11,753 nt of DNA from Candidatus Heimdallarchaeota archaeon. GTDB lineage: Archaea > Asgardarchaeota > Heimdallarchaeia > Heimdallarchaeales > Kariarchaeaceae. The notes under the pieces are model-generated. The model did no database searches. It worked only from the letters and a program-made list of their open reading frames with translations, and was not told where the DNA came from. The DNA is taken from NCBI GenBank assembly GCA_015523565.1, contig WAKA01000129.1:1-11753 (forward strand). The letters are read 5' to 3'. Of the stretch, positions 1-6,612 are shown piece after piece. Positions within the stretch are counted from its first letter, which is position 1; every line of letters starts with the position of its first letter. A program made the translations under genes and the position numbers.

Positions 1-87
1 ATCTTTATCTATTAAAAATCATAATGTAATCTTTATAGATCTTAGATTATTGTTTATATTATTACATTGGATTTTTTTTAATCCTTG

Positions 88-1497
88 TTATTTTATTTCA
101 ACCATTGAAACCGATTTTATTTTAAACATATTTTTAAGATGAATGGCAATTTTATATGCCAAAAGTGGTGGTACTGCATTTCCAATTTGAATGGCAATAT
201 CGTTGAACTTTCCTGAGAATGAAAAATCGTCAGGGAACGTTTGCAATCTTGCTCCTTCTCGTAATGAAATACCTCGATTTGCTACAGGGTGTAGCTTTTC
301 TCTTCCATTGAAATCAACTGTTAAAATAGTATGCGATATGTTATTTCTGTCCAATCGCGTAAATCGAGGTCGTAGACCTGCCTTTGTCGTGATTTTGTAA
401 CCTTTTTGACCGTCTTTCTCCATCGTCTTTAGCCAACCTTCACTTACTAGTTTGTCAAGAACAGAAGCATCTGACAAAGGTATGGCTTCCTCTTTGACAA
501 AATTTTCTTCTTTACTGGGATCCATTAAGAAATTTTTCTTGGTTTGGTGGGATGCAATGAAATGAAGAGTTTCCCTTTCCTCTTTTGTAAAATTAACAAT
601 TTTCCATATTGGGACATATCTTTCACCAAACCGGTTACTTCTGAAAATTTTCCCTTCTGGAATTTTTGAGGCAATGTACAAATCTTTTTGAGGTATTTTT
701 TGTGCTATATGGAGATCTGTCTTTACTATTCTTCCATTGTCCCTTATGAATCCCATTAGTTCATTATTTGGAGGATTGTCAAAATGGACAATTCCTGTTT
801 CTGGTGTTTCAAGAGGTAGTCCTTCAAATGCATGTGCTACTGTATTGTACGGTTTTTTTTGGGTGTTTTGATCATAGAACTCTTCTAGGCTTGTTTGCAT
901 AGTTTTTGCTTTTGGATATTGACCTCTCATGTCTGTTGGGACATAATGGGTCTCTTTTGGAAAAAAAGTATCAACAAATTCAAGGATTGTTTGGTCTATT
1001 CCAATTACAAACATTCGTTCTCGTTTTTGGGGAACTCCATAGCTTGCGGCATGCAAAACTTTGTACTGAACAACATATCCCAATCTTCTCAGCTTTTCAA
1101 TTGTTTTCTTGAAAAATTGTCCTTTTTCAATTGTCTTGATTCCTGTCACATTTTCCATTACAAAAAAAGTTGGATGAATATTGTTGATCCAGTTAATGAA
1201 TTGGGGAACCAGATTGTTGCGCGGATCTTTCGTATTTCGTGACCCTTTTGCATCACTAAAACCCTGACAGGGGGGACCGCCGATAACGCCATCTATTTCA
1301 TCTTTGAGTTCATTAATCAATTTTTTTGGTGGTGGTTTATGTAGATCCAACTTTAAAGATGAAGAATTTCTATGATTTTTATAGAATGTTTCTAATGCAT
1401 ATTCATAATTGTCAATCCCTAAGATAACTTGGTAACCTGCCATCTCGAATCCTTTACTTAATCCTCCTGCACCAGAGAACAAATCTATTATCTTCAT
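88..1497 (-). CDS. dcm: DNA (cytosine-5)-methyltransferase, ~469 aa (ATG at 1497 preferred; ORF track starts at TTG 1506)
   Basis: Ordered C5-MTase motifs: I DLFSGAGG, IV GGPPCQGFS (catalytic Cys), VI MENVTG, VIII PQKRERMF, IX SLREGARLQTFPDDF, X QIGNAVPP. TTTAAATA lies 22-29 nt upstream of ATG 1497. The symbol is family-level only; the target sequence cannot be inferred. Confidence 0.97.
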   Translation of the reverse strand: MKIIDLFSGAGGLSKGFEMAGYQVILGIDNYEYALETFYKNHRNSSSLKLDLHKPPPKKLINELKDEIDGVIGGPPCQGFSDAKGSRNTKDPRNNLVPQFINWINNIHPTFFVMENVTGIKTIEKGQFFKKTIEKLRRLGYVVQYKVLHAASYGVPQKRERMFVIGIDQTILEFVDTFFPKETHYVPTDMRGQYPKAKTMQTSLEEFYDQNTQKKPYNTVAHAFEGLPLETPETGIVHFDNPPNNELMGFIRDNGRIVKTDLHIAQKIPQKDLYIASKIPEGKIFRSNRFGERYVPIWKIVNFTKEERETLHFIASHQTKKNFLMDPSKEENFVKEEAIPLSDASVLDKLVSEGWLKTMEKDGQKGYKITTKAGLRPRFTRLDRNNISHTILTVDFNGREKLHPVANRGISLREGARLQTFPDDFSFSGKFNDIAIQIGNAVPPLLAYKIAIHLKNMFKIKSVSMVEIK

Positions 1498-1518
1498 TTT
1501 AGTCAATCTTTATATTTC

Positions 1519-1528
1519 TATTTAAAAA
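1519..1528 (-). promoter_or_regulatory. Putative archaeal TATA box of the methyltransferase gene
   Basis: Minus strand reads TTTTTAAATA (1528->1519), matching the TTTAWATA consensus, 22-31 nt upstream of ATG 1497. This spacing fits a near-leaderless transcript. Confidence 0.55.
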
Positions 1529-1579
1529 CCACTTAATTTAGGTTCCTCTTATTGGAAAATAAATAAGACCAGCAAATGA

Positions 1580-1894
1580 ATTTTAAAAGTCATAATTTCA
1601 TATGGAAGAAGGAATGATAAAACAGTGACGTTAAGGTTGTTAAACACTTATTTTCCTGATGGATTGAAAAAAAATACACTAATTGGAAAGGAACTTTGGG
1701 ACTTTCTAAGTGGTGAAGAAAATTACCGCGAAAAAGTACTTTGTAATATAATTGAAGGTACAAAACAAATTTTAGGGGATAAAAGCTTCATGAAACGTAT
1801 TAAGGAAAAAATAAATGCTCTAACAATTGAATTCGAAAATAAATATGGATCTGGTGAAAAAGGAATAATGAAATACATTAATGATCAATTTTGA
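1580..1894 (+). pseudogene. Probable 5'-truncated type II restriction endonuclease (C-terminal ~104 aa only)
   Basis: The frame is open from 1580 (after TGA 1577-1579): ILKVIISYGRRNDKTVTLRLLNTYF...LIGKELWDFLSGEENY...KINALTIEFENKYG. From memory, 'GxxxWxFxSG' preceded by 'YG' resembles C-termini of PmeII/TdeIII-like endonucleases. It adjoins a C5-MTase, has no in-frame ATG near its 5' end, and leaves no room for an N-terminal catalytic half. Confidence 0.55.
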
Positions 1895-1904
1895 TTTATC
1901 ACAT

Positions 1905-1919
1905 TTTGAAATTTTCAAA
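1905..1919. repeat. Perfect 7-bp inverted repeat between convergent genes (possible terminator or protein-binding site)
   Basis: TTTGAAA-T-TTTCAAA in the 38-bp gap between the stops at 1894 (+) and 1933 (-). The repeat is seen directly; its function is not established. Confidence 0.3.
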
Positions 1920-1932
1920 GCATGATCCATTT

Positions 1933-2733
1933 TTATGAGCTCTGAGAACACCACTCAATTATGGGTTTCCAGAACTTTTCAGGTTCCTCAATCATGGCAA
2001 AGTGTCCCACTCCTTCCAAATGCAGAAGGGAATGGTTATTCAAGTGGTTTTGAAGGTCTCTTACGTAGGAAAGCGGCCAAACATCCTTTTCTGCACTTAC
2101 AATCAATGTATCCACTTTGATCTTCCTTAATTTACTTCGCACATCGAATTTCTCTATTTCTGGGTACAGCCAATAATATTCCTCGTATGCAACCTTTTTC
2201 GCCTCATTGAGTAAGCGTTGTGCCTCTCCAAGATTTGGGGGATCAAAATATACCGTATATGCACGGGAAAATTTCACCTTCAATGAGTTCGGATCCATCC
2301 GTGAAAAATAATTGTCCAATTCATTCTTTGTTTGCGGTGTAAACCGATCTCGAATATTCCATGCAAGTTCTGCCCTGTATCTGGAACTTGCAGAGGTTGA
2401 AAACAGAACAATTTTTTTGACACTTTTAGTATGTCGAACGACATAGGTCAATGCAATCAAGCCACCAAGCCCATGCCCAAACACAATTATCTTTTCATGC
2501 CCCAAGTTCTTTCTTAGCTCATTGACATCGTCAGCCATTTTTGAAAACTTCATTTCCTTTGCCTGTTCAACACTTGGCGATTTTCCATGGGATCTGTAAT
2601 CAAAAAGAACCAATGGTGACTCGAATTCAATCCCTTTTATGCTTCTCTTCAAATATGTTCGATCAAGGGGGAATGTTGGGAAAAAATATATGGGGATGCC
2701 TTGTCCTTCAACAAGTTCATAATCAAGTTGCAT
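1933..2733 (-). CDS. Alpha/beta-hydrolase-fold protein (proline iminopeptidase/Abhydrolase_1-like) with Gly in place of the nucleophile Ser, ~266 aa (alternative start 2751)
   Basis: DYRSHGKS (DxRGxGxS motif), MADDVNELRKNLG, nucleophile elbow VFGHGLGG, acid strand TLIVSAEKD, His loop GVGHFAMIEEPEKF. ATG 2733 is preferred because TTATAATA lies 26-33 nt upstream. Confidence 0.92.
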   Translation of the reverse strand: MQLDYELVEGQGIPIYFFPTFPLDRTYLKRSIKGIEFESPLVLFDYRSHGKSPSVEQAKEMKFSKMADDVNELRKNLGHEKIIVFGHGLGGLIALTYVVRHTKSVKKIVLFSTSASSRYRAELAWNIRDRFTPQTKNELDNYFSRMDPNSLKVKFSRAYTVYFDPPNLGEAQRLLNEAKKVAYEEYYWLYPEIEKFDVRSKLRKIKVDTLIVSAEKDVWPLSYVRDLQNHLNNHSLLHLEGVGHFAMIEEPEKFWKPIIEWCSQSS

Positions 2734-2758
2734 TACTAAATAGGTTGACATTTTTGAA

Positions 2759-2766
2759 TATTATAA
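2759..2766 (-). promoter_or_regulatory. Putative TATA box of the hydrolase-fold gene
   Basis: Minus strand TTATAATA (2766->2759), preceded by A-rich AAATCAAA, 26-33 nt upstream of ATG 2733. Confidence 0.45.
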
Positions 2767-2775
2767 GATTTGATT

Positions 2776-2934
2776 TCAGGCACAGGATTTCCTCATTTTC
2801 TTGCCTTTTATGTCTAGATCAACCCATTCTTCCAACAATTTCCTGTTTATCTCCTCCTTCAACAACTCTATTAACTGATCATAGATGATCTCATCCTCCA
2901 ATGAAATTTGAACATCTTTTGTTTTCTTTTCCAT
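2776..2934 (-). CDS. Small hypothetical protein, 52 aa, not in the ORF track
   Basis: Translated by hand from ATG 2934 to TGA 2776: MEKKTKDVQISLEDEIIYDQLIELLKEEINRKLLEEWVDLDIKGKKMRKSCA. Purine-rich codons, amphipathic helical pattern, same strand as its neighbours, sits within the ~300-bp gap between them, and has TTTTATT about 24-30 nt upstream. Confidence 0.7.
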   Translation of the reverse strand: MEKKTKDVQISLEDEIIYDQLIELLKEEINRKLLEEWVDLDIKGKKMRKSCA

Positions 2935-3059
2935 TATCTATTAATTTGATTTTTGAAAATAAAAGAAACGACTCTCTGAGGGTAAATTCAAAGTGAATAT
3001 TCCTGATCTATGGCTTCTTTGATGGCTAAATGAATATTATTCCTAAAAGTAATTTGTTC

Positions 3060-4592
3060 CTAAAAGTAGTCGTACTTCAGGGAATCATCAATCGCCTCTA
3101 AAAAGGGGTCTGGCTCTTCAGGAGGTATATTGTCCAACAACGAAGGTTGGGGAAGCAGTCCTCTGGAACGTTCCAACTGCCTTCCAAATTGCAAAAGCCT
3201 TTCATCATGCCATTTGGGTGCAACAATCTGAATTCCTATGGGAAAACCATCTTTGATGGTGATTGGAAAAGTCAAAACAGGATTCCCTGTGAGGCTGAAC
3301 GGTATGGTGTACGAAATCGTGGCTTTCCAATATGGAACCATTTGTCCATTGATTTCAATTGGCTCATGATATAGATTATGTCGGAATGGCATTGCAGGGG
3401 TGACAGGAAATATCCAAAAATCAATGCTGTCAAATAACTCTTCGAACTTATTCATCACGATTTTTCTTTCCCTTGTCTTCAATTCCATATTGGAATTGGA
3501 GACGTCTTTTTCTTCTTCAACTAACTTAATGAAACGCTGTCCAAACCAATTGTACAATGTTTTCATTTCCTTGTAAAGTTCTTTGTCCAATATTTTCTCT
3601 TCAACCTCATAACCGCTGTTCGTGAGTATTTCCTCAAAATTGGCTATTGACTCTACAATTCTTTTGTCTGTTGGAATAAAATCCAATTGTGGTGTAACAG
3701 CAACATTGACATTCCTCAAATAACTGGATGGCAATTTGAAGTTTGGTAGCCGTTCTGCATACTCTGTTTTGGGGGTAAACAGAACTTTTGCTTGGTAAAT
3801 GAGATCATCAACTGTCCTTGCCATGGGTCCAACAGTCAGGCATTCATAATAACCCTCATCCCTTACTTCAATTATGTCATTGGGGGATTTCCCATATGAA
3901 GATTCAGTCAATAGGAAAGAAGATTTTTCATAGCCGTTGATCTGCATCATCTTCTTCACTAACTTCTCAGAATTGAATGGAGGAAAATGCCCCAGTGTTG
4001 AAACTCTACCTTCTGTTGGCTTCAATGAAGAGATGCCACAATATGAGGCGGGTATCCTTAATGATCCTGCCAAATCACTCCCAATGCCTGCATGGGCAAA
4101 AGCAAGGGACACTGCCGCCGCTACTCCGCCACTAGAACCTCCTGCTGTAAAATCCAAGTTCCATGGGTTGCCGCATATCCCTGTTAAATCATTAAATGTC
4201 TGAACATCAAGAGCAAATTCAGGAACTGAGGCCTTTCCCATAATAAGGGCGCCGTGATCATCCAAAAGTCCTATCAGAGGTGAATCAACGGTATTAAATA
4301 ATCCTGCATATCTTAAACTCCCTGCCGAAGTAGGTAGGTCTTTTGTCAAAAATACATCTTTCACAATTGTGGGGACTCCAAAAAGAAATCTTGAATGAAG
4401 AACGTTTGGGGTTGATGAGAAAATATGATTATATTCAAATGCATCCATGTTGCTATCGTGGTTAATGCTTGCCATAGCCCTGACCAAGGGATTATATGTT
4501 GCTATTCGATTTGATGCGGCAGTTTCTATATCTGATATCGCTAAAATCTTTCTTGCAATTAAGTCTCTTAAATGCCTGATCGTTATCAACAC
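3060..4592 (-). CDS. Amidase-signature family enzyme (Ser-cisSer-Lys triad), 510 aa
   Basis: GVPTIVKD (Lys), AGGSSGG (cis-Ser), GSDLAGSLRIPASYCG (nucleophile Ser), GPMARTVDDL and GFPIGIQIV. Substrate unknown. Confidence 0.95.
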   Translation of the reverse strand: MLITIRHLRDLIARKILAISDIETAASNRIATYNPLVRAMASINHDSNMDAFEYNHIFSSTPNVLHSRFLFGVPTIVKDVFLTKDLPTSAGSLRYAGLFNTVDSPLIGLLDDHGALIMGKASVPEFALDVQTFNDLTGICGNPWNLDFTAGGSSGGVAAAVSLAFAHAGIGSDLAGSLRIPASYCGISSLKPTEGRVSTLGHFPPFNSEKLVKKMMQINGYEKSSFLLTESSYGKSPNDIIEVRDEGYYECLTVGPMARTVDDLIYQAKVLFTPKTEYAERLPNFKLPSSYLRNVNVAVTPQLDFIPTDKRIVESIANFEEILTNSGYEVEEKILDKELYKEMKTLYNWFGQRFIKLVEEEKDVSNSNMELKTRERKIVMNKFEELFDSIDFWIFPVTPAMPFRHNLYHEPIEINGQMVPYWKATISYTIPFSLTGNPVLTFPITIKDGFPIGIQIVAPKWHDERLLQFGRQLERSRGLLPQPSLLDNIPPEEPDPFLEAIDDSLKYDYF

Positions 4593-4646
4593 CTGTCTTA
4601 AATAAAGCCATTAAAAAAGTCTGATGATTATTTGACAATTTTTAGA

Positions 4647-5546
4647 TTATTGGTCTCTCCGATTGAAATAAATTGACAGATACGAGGCTATTACCAAGAT
4701 AGCGCTTCCCAATAAGAAATTTCTTGACAAATCCCTTCCAAATAAAAAATAGTCCGAAAGGAATGGGGGAATATTTTGAAGCAAAAGCAAAACTGATCCA
4801 GTAACTGCTGATATGTCCTCTAACGCGGCAAAGTATGCGAAATACGAAATCAAGGTTGAAAATACAATTAATATTCCCAAAATCAAAATTATTTCCTGTG
4901 AATAGTGTATGGATAGTTTGTCTGTATTCGAAATCAATAACCCGCCACTGACAAATGTGACAAACCATAGAACAATCAATAAAAGGGCAAAATTGTCTAC
5001 ATCATTGTCTTGTGCAAGCAACGAGGAATAAACAATATAGAACGCGAATCCTAAACTTGATATGGTTGCCGCCATCAACCCCCAAAACAAATCAGAAGTA
5101 AAATCCAAGTTTCCCAAGTCTGAAATCAGAAAAACGCCTGAAAAACCAAAAAATGCAATAAATACATTCCTTGCTTGAAATTTTTCCTTGGCAATGAAAG
5201 GTGTGATGAATGGGACATAAATCAAATAGGACTTTGTAACAATTGTGGAAAATGAAGGTATTACAAACAATTGGCTAATGTATTGGAAAATGATGGCAAT
5301 TGACTGAAATAGTGCCAAAAGGTATGTTCTTTTCATTCCAAGAAGCCGCTTGACTTTTTCAAGATATCCATCCATAAGAAGAATTGGTGACAGAAACAAG
5401 GCAGAAACAAAAAATCTCAGGAATATGAATGTATAGACGTCAATCTGGGTTAATGCAATGTCAATCAATATCGGGGCTATGCCAAAACCCAAAATTGGAA
5501 ATGAAATGAAAAAGTATCCTCGCAAAGATGATTTCTCTTGACTCAA
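4647..5546 (-). CDS. EamA/DMT-family transporter, 299 aa
   Basis: About 10 hydrophobic segments in two repeats, with FLRF, 'FIAKEKF' and 'FLFGRDLS' loops typical of EamA repeats. TTG start. Confidence 0.9.
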   Translation of the reverse strand: MSQEKSSLRGYFFISFPILGFGIAPILIDIALTQIDVYTFIFLRFFVSALFLSPILLMDGYLEKVKRLLGMKRTYLLALFQSIAIIFQYISQLFVIPSFSTIVTKSYLIYVPFITPFIAKEKFQARNVFIAFFGFSGVFLISDLGNLDFTSDLFWGLMAATISSLGFAFYIVYSSLLAQDNDVDNFALLLIVLWFVTFVSGGLLISNTDKLSIHYSQEIILILGILIVFSTLISYFAYFAALEDISAVTGSVLLLLQNIPPFLSDYFLFGRDLSRNFLLGSAILVIASYLSIYFNRRDQ

Positions 5547-5572
5547 TACAGCATTGGTTATTTACATGCTTA

Positions 5573-5586
5573 ATTCAATTTTGAAT
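5573..5586. promoter_or_regulatory. Palindrome in the divergent eamA/xdhC promoter region (candidate operator)
   Basis: ATTCAA-TT-TTGAAT is a perfect 6-bp inverted repeat within the 83-bp region between the starts at 5546 (-) and 5630 (+). Confidence 0.3.
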
Positions 5587-5629
5587 GAGTCCCAACATTT
5601 TTAGTGCAAGTTTAGGATTAAGGGAAACA

Positions 5630-6562
5630 ATGAACGAATTCAAGCTCTGGTCTACCGCCCTTGAATGGTTGAAACAAGGAAAAAACCCTGTAATGGTAAT
5701 TATTGCTGAAACCAAGGGAAGCTCTCCTGGAAAGGCAGGATTCAAGATGGCGGTAAACATGGATTCAGAGTTTGTTGGAACTGTCGGTGGTGCAATTTTT
5801 GAAGCAAATATTATCAAATCACCTCCGATCAACAAAAAACCGTTTCTGAAAAAATACGTGCATAATCCCAATGCTCCTCCTGACAAACGATCTGGATTGA
5901 ATTGTGCGGGAAGTCAACAGACAATTTTTTTCCCTCTTACTCAAAAGGAAGTTCCCATTTTAGAGGAAATTGTTGATGCAATTGAAAAATCAATCCCTTC
6001 AAAATTAACTGTTACTGAAAATTCATTGGAAATTGAAACATTGAACAATCTAGAAAATATTAAGAGAACTCCTGAACTTACGTTCACAAGCAATAAATGG
6101 ATATATTCGGAAATAGTTGGTTTCCCATATGCAATCTATATTTTTGGAAATGGACACACTGGTATTGCCCTAAGTCAAGTGATGAAAAACCTTGGGTTTA
6201 AAGTCATCTGTATTGACAACCGAGAAACAACCCTTGAAAATCCATTTGCAGATAGGATTGAAATCGGTGAATTTGCATCCATTGCAAAGAATATCTCGTC
6301 AACCCCAAGAACTTTTGTTGTAATTTGTACTTATTCAATGGAAACTGACACTGAGGTTCTTCAAGCACTTCTCGACAAAAACATTCCCTATATCGGTCTA
6401 ATGGGAAGCAAAGCTAAACTTGAAAAAATCAAGAAAAGGATCGGAAAAGCATTTCCTGGTAATGTTCATGCCCCTGTAGGCATTCCAATCAATGATGAAA
6501 CCCCTGCCGAAATCGCAATAAGCATTGCCGCGGAGATAATTCATATCAAAAATAGCCGCTGA
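5630..6562 (+). CDS. xdhC: XdhC/CoxI-family molybdenum cofactor maturation/insertion chaperone, ~310 aa (track start 5585; ATG 5630 preferred)
   Basis: GSSPGKAGFKM, GTVGGAIFE, GLNCAG, Rossmann-like YIFGNGHTG, YIGLMGSKAK and HAPVGIPINDETPAEIAISIAAEII. It lies directly upstream of xdhA. Confidence 0.93.
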   Translation: MNEFKLWSTALEWLKQGKNPVMVIIAETKGSSPGKAGFKMAVNMDSEFVGTVGGAIFEANIIKSPPINKKPFLKKYVHNPNAPPDKRSGLNCAGSQQTIFFPLTQKEVPILEEIVDAIEKSIPSKLTVTENSLEIETLNNLENIKRTPELTFTSNKWIYSEIVGFPYAIYIFGNGHTGIALSQVMKNLGFKVICIDNRETTLENPFADRIEIGEFASIAKNISSTPRTFVVICTYSMETDTEVLQALLDKNIPYIGLMGSKAKLEKIKKRIGKAFPGNVHAPVGIPINDETPAEIAISIAAEIIHIKNSR

Positions 6563-6582
6563 TGTGAATTTCAACCATTAAG

Positions 6583-6590
6583 TTTTATTA
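6583..6590 (+). promoter_or_regulatory. Putative TATA box of xdhA
   Basis: TTTTATTA 23-30 nt upstream of ATG 6613, with no Shine-Dalgarno before this ATG. Confidence 0.45.
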
Positions 6591-6612
6591 TACTTGGTTT
6601 CTAATAAGTAAA

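Noticed and set aside
191-1242. Plus-strand ORFs 191-400, 895-1242 and 906-1112
   Set aside because: Antisense shadows of the motif-complete methyltransferase, with no recognisable protein features.
1577-1579. TGA readthrough or frameshift restoring the nuclease
   Set aside because: Readthrough adds only 17 codons up to TAA 1523-1525 with no ATG. The out-of-frame ATG at 1576 gives a 13-aa peptide. Neither restores a catalytic domain.
2776-2808. Polybasic tail plus Cys of the 52-aa protein as a CaaX prenylation signal
   Set aside because: The Cys is second from the end, not fourth, and there is no CC or CxC motif.
3060-4592. Amidase as GatA
   Set aside because: It lacks GatA-specific features such as the SSNLARYDG-like segment, and no gatB or gatC is adjacent.
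1935-4968. ORFs 1935-2120, 2541-2888, 3147-3374, 3937-4203 (+) and 4642-4968 (-)
   Set aside because: They overlap better-supported genes (hydrolase fold, 52-aa ORF, amidase, EamA) in antisense or alternative frames and lack motifs.
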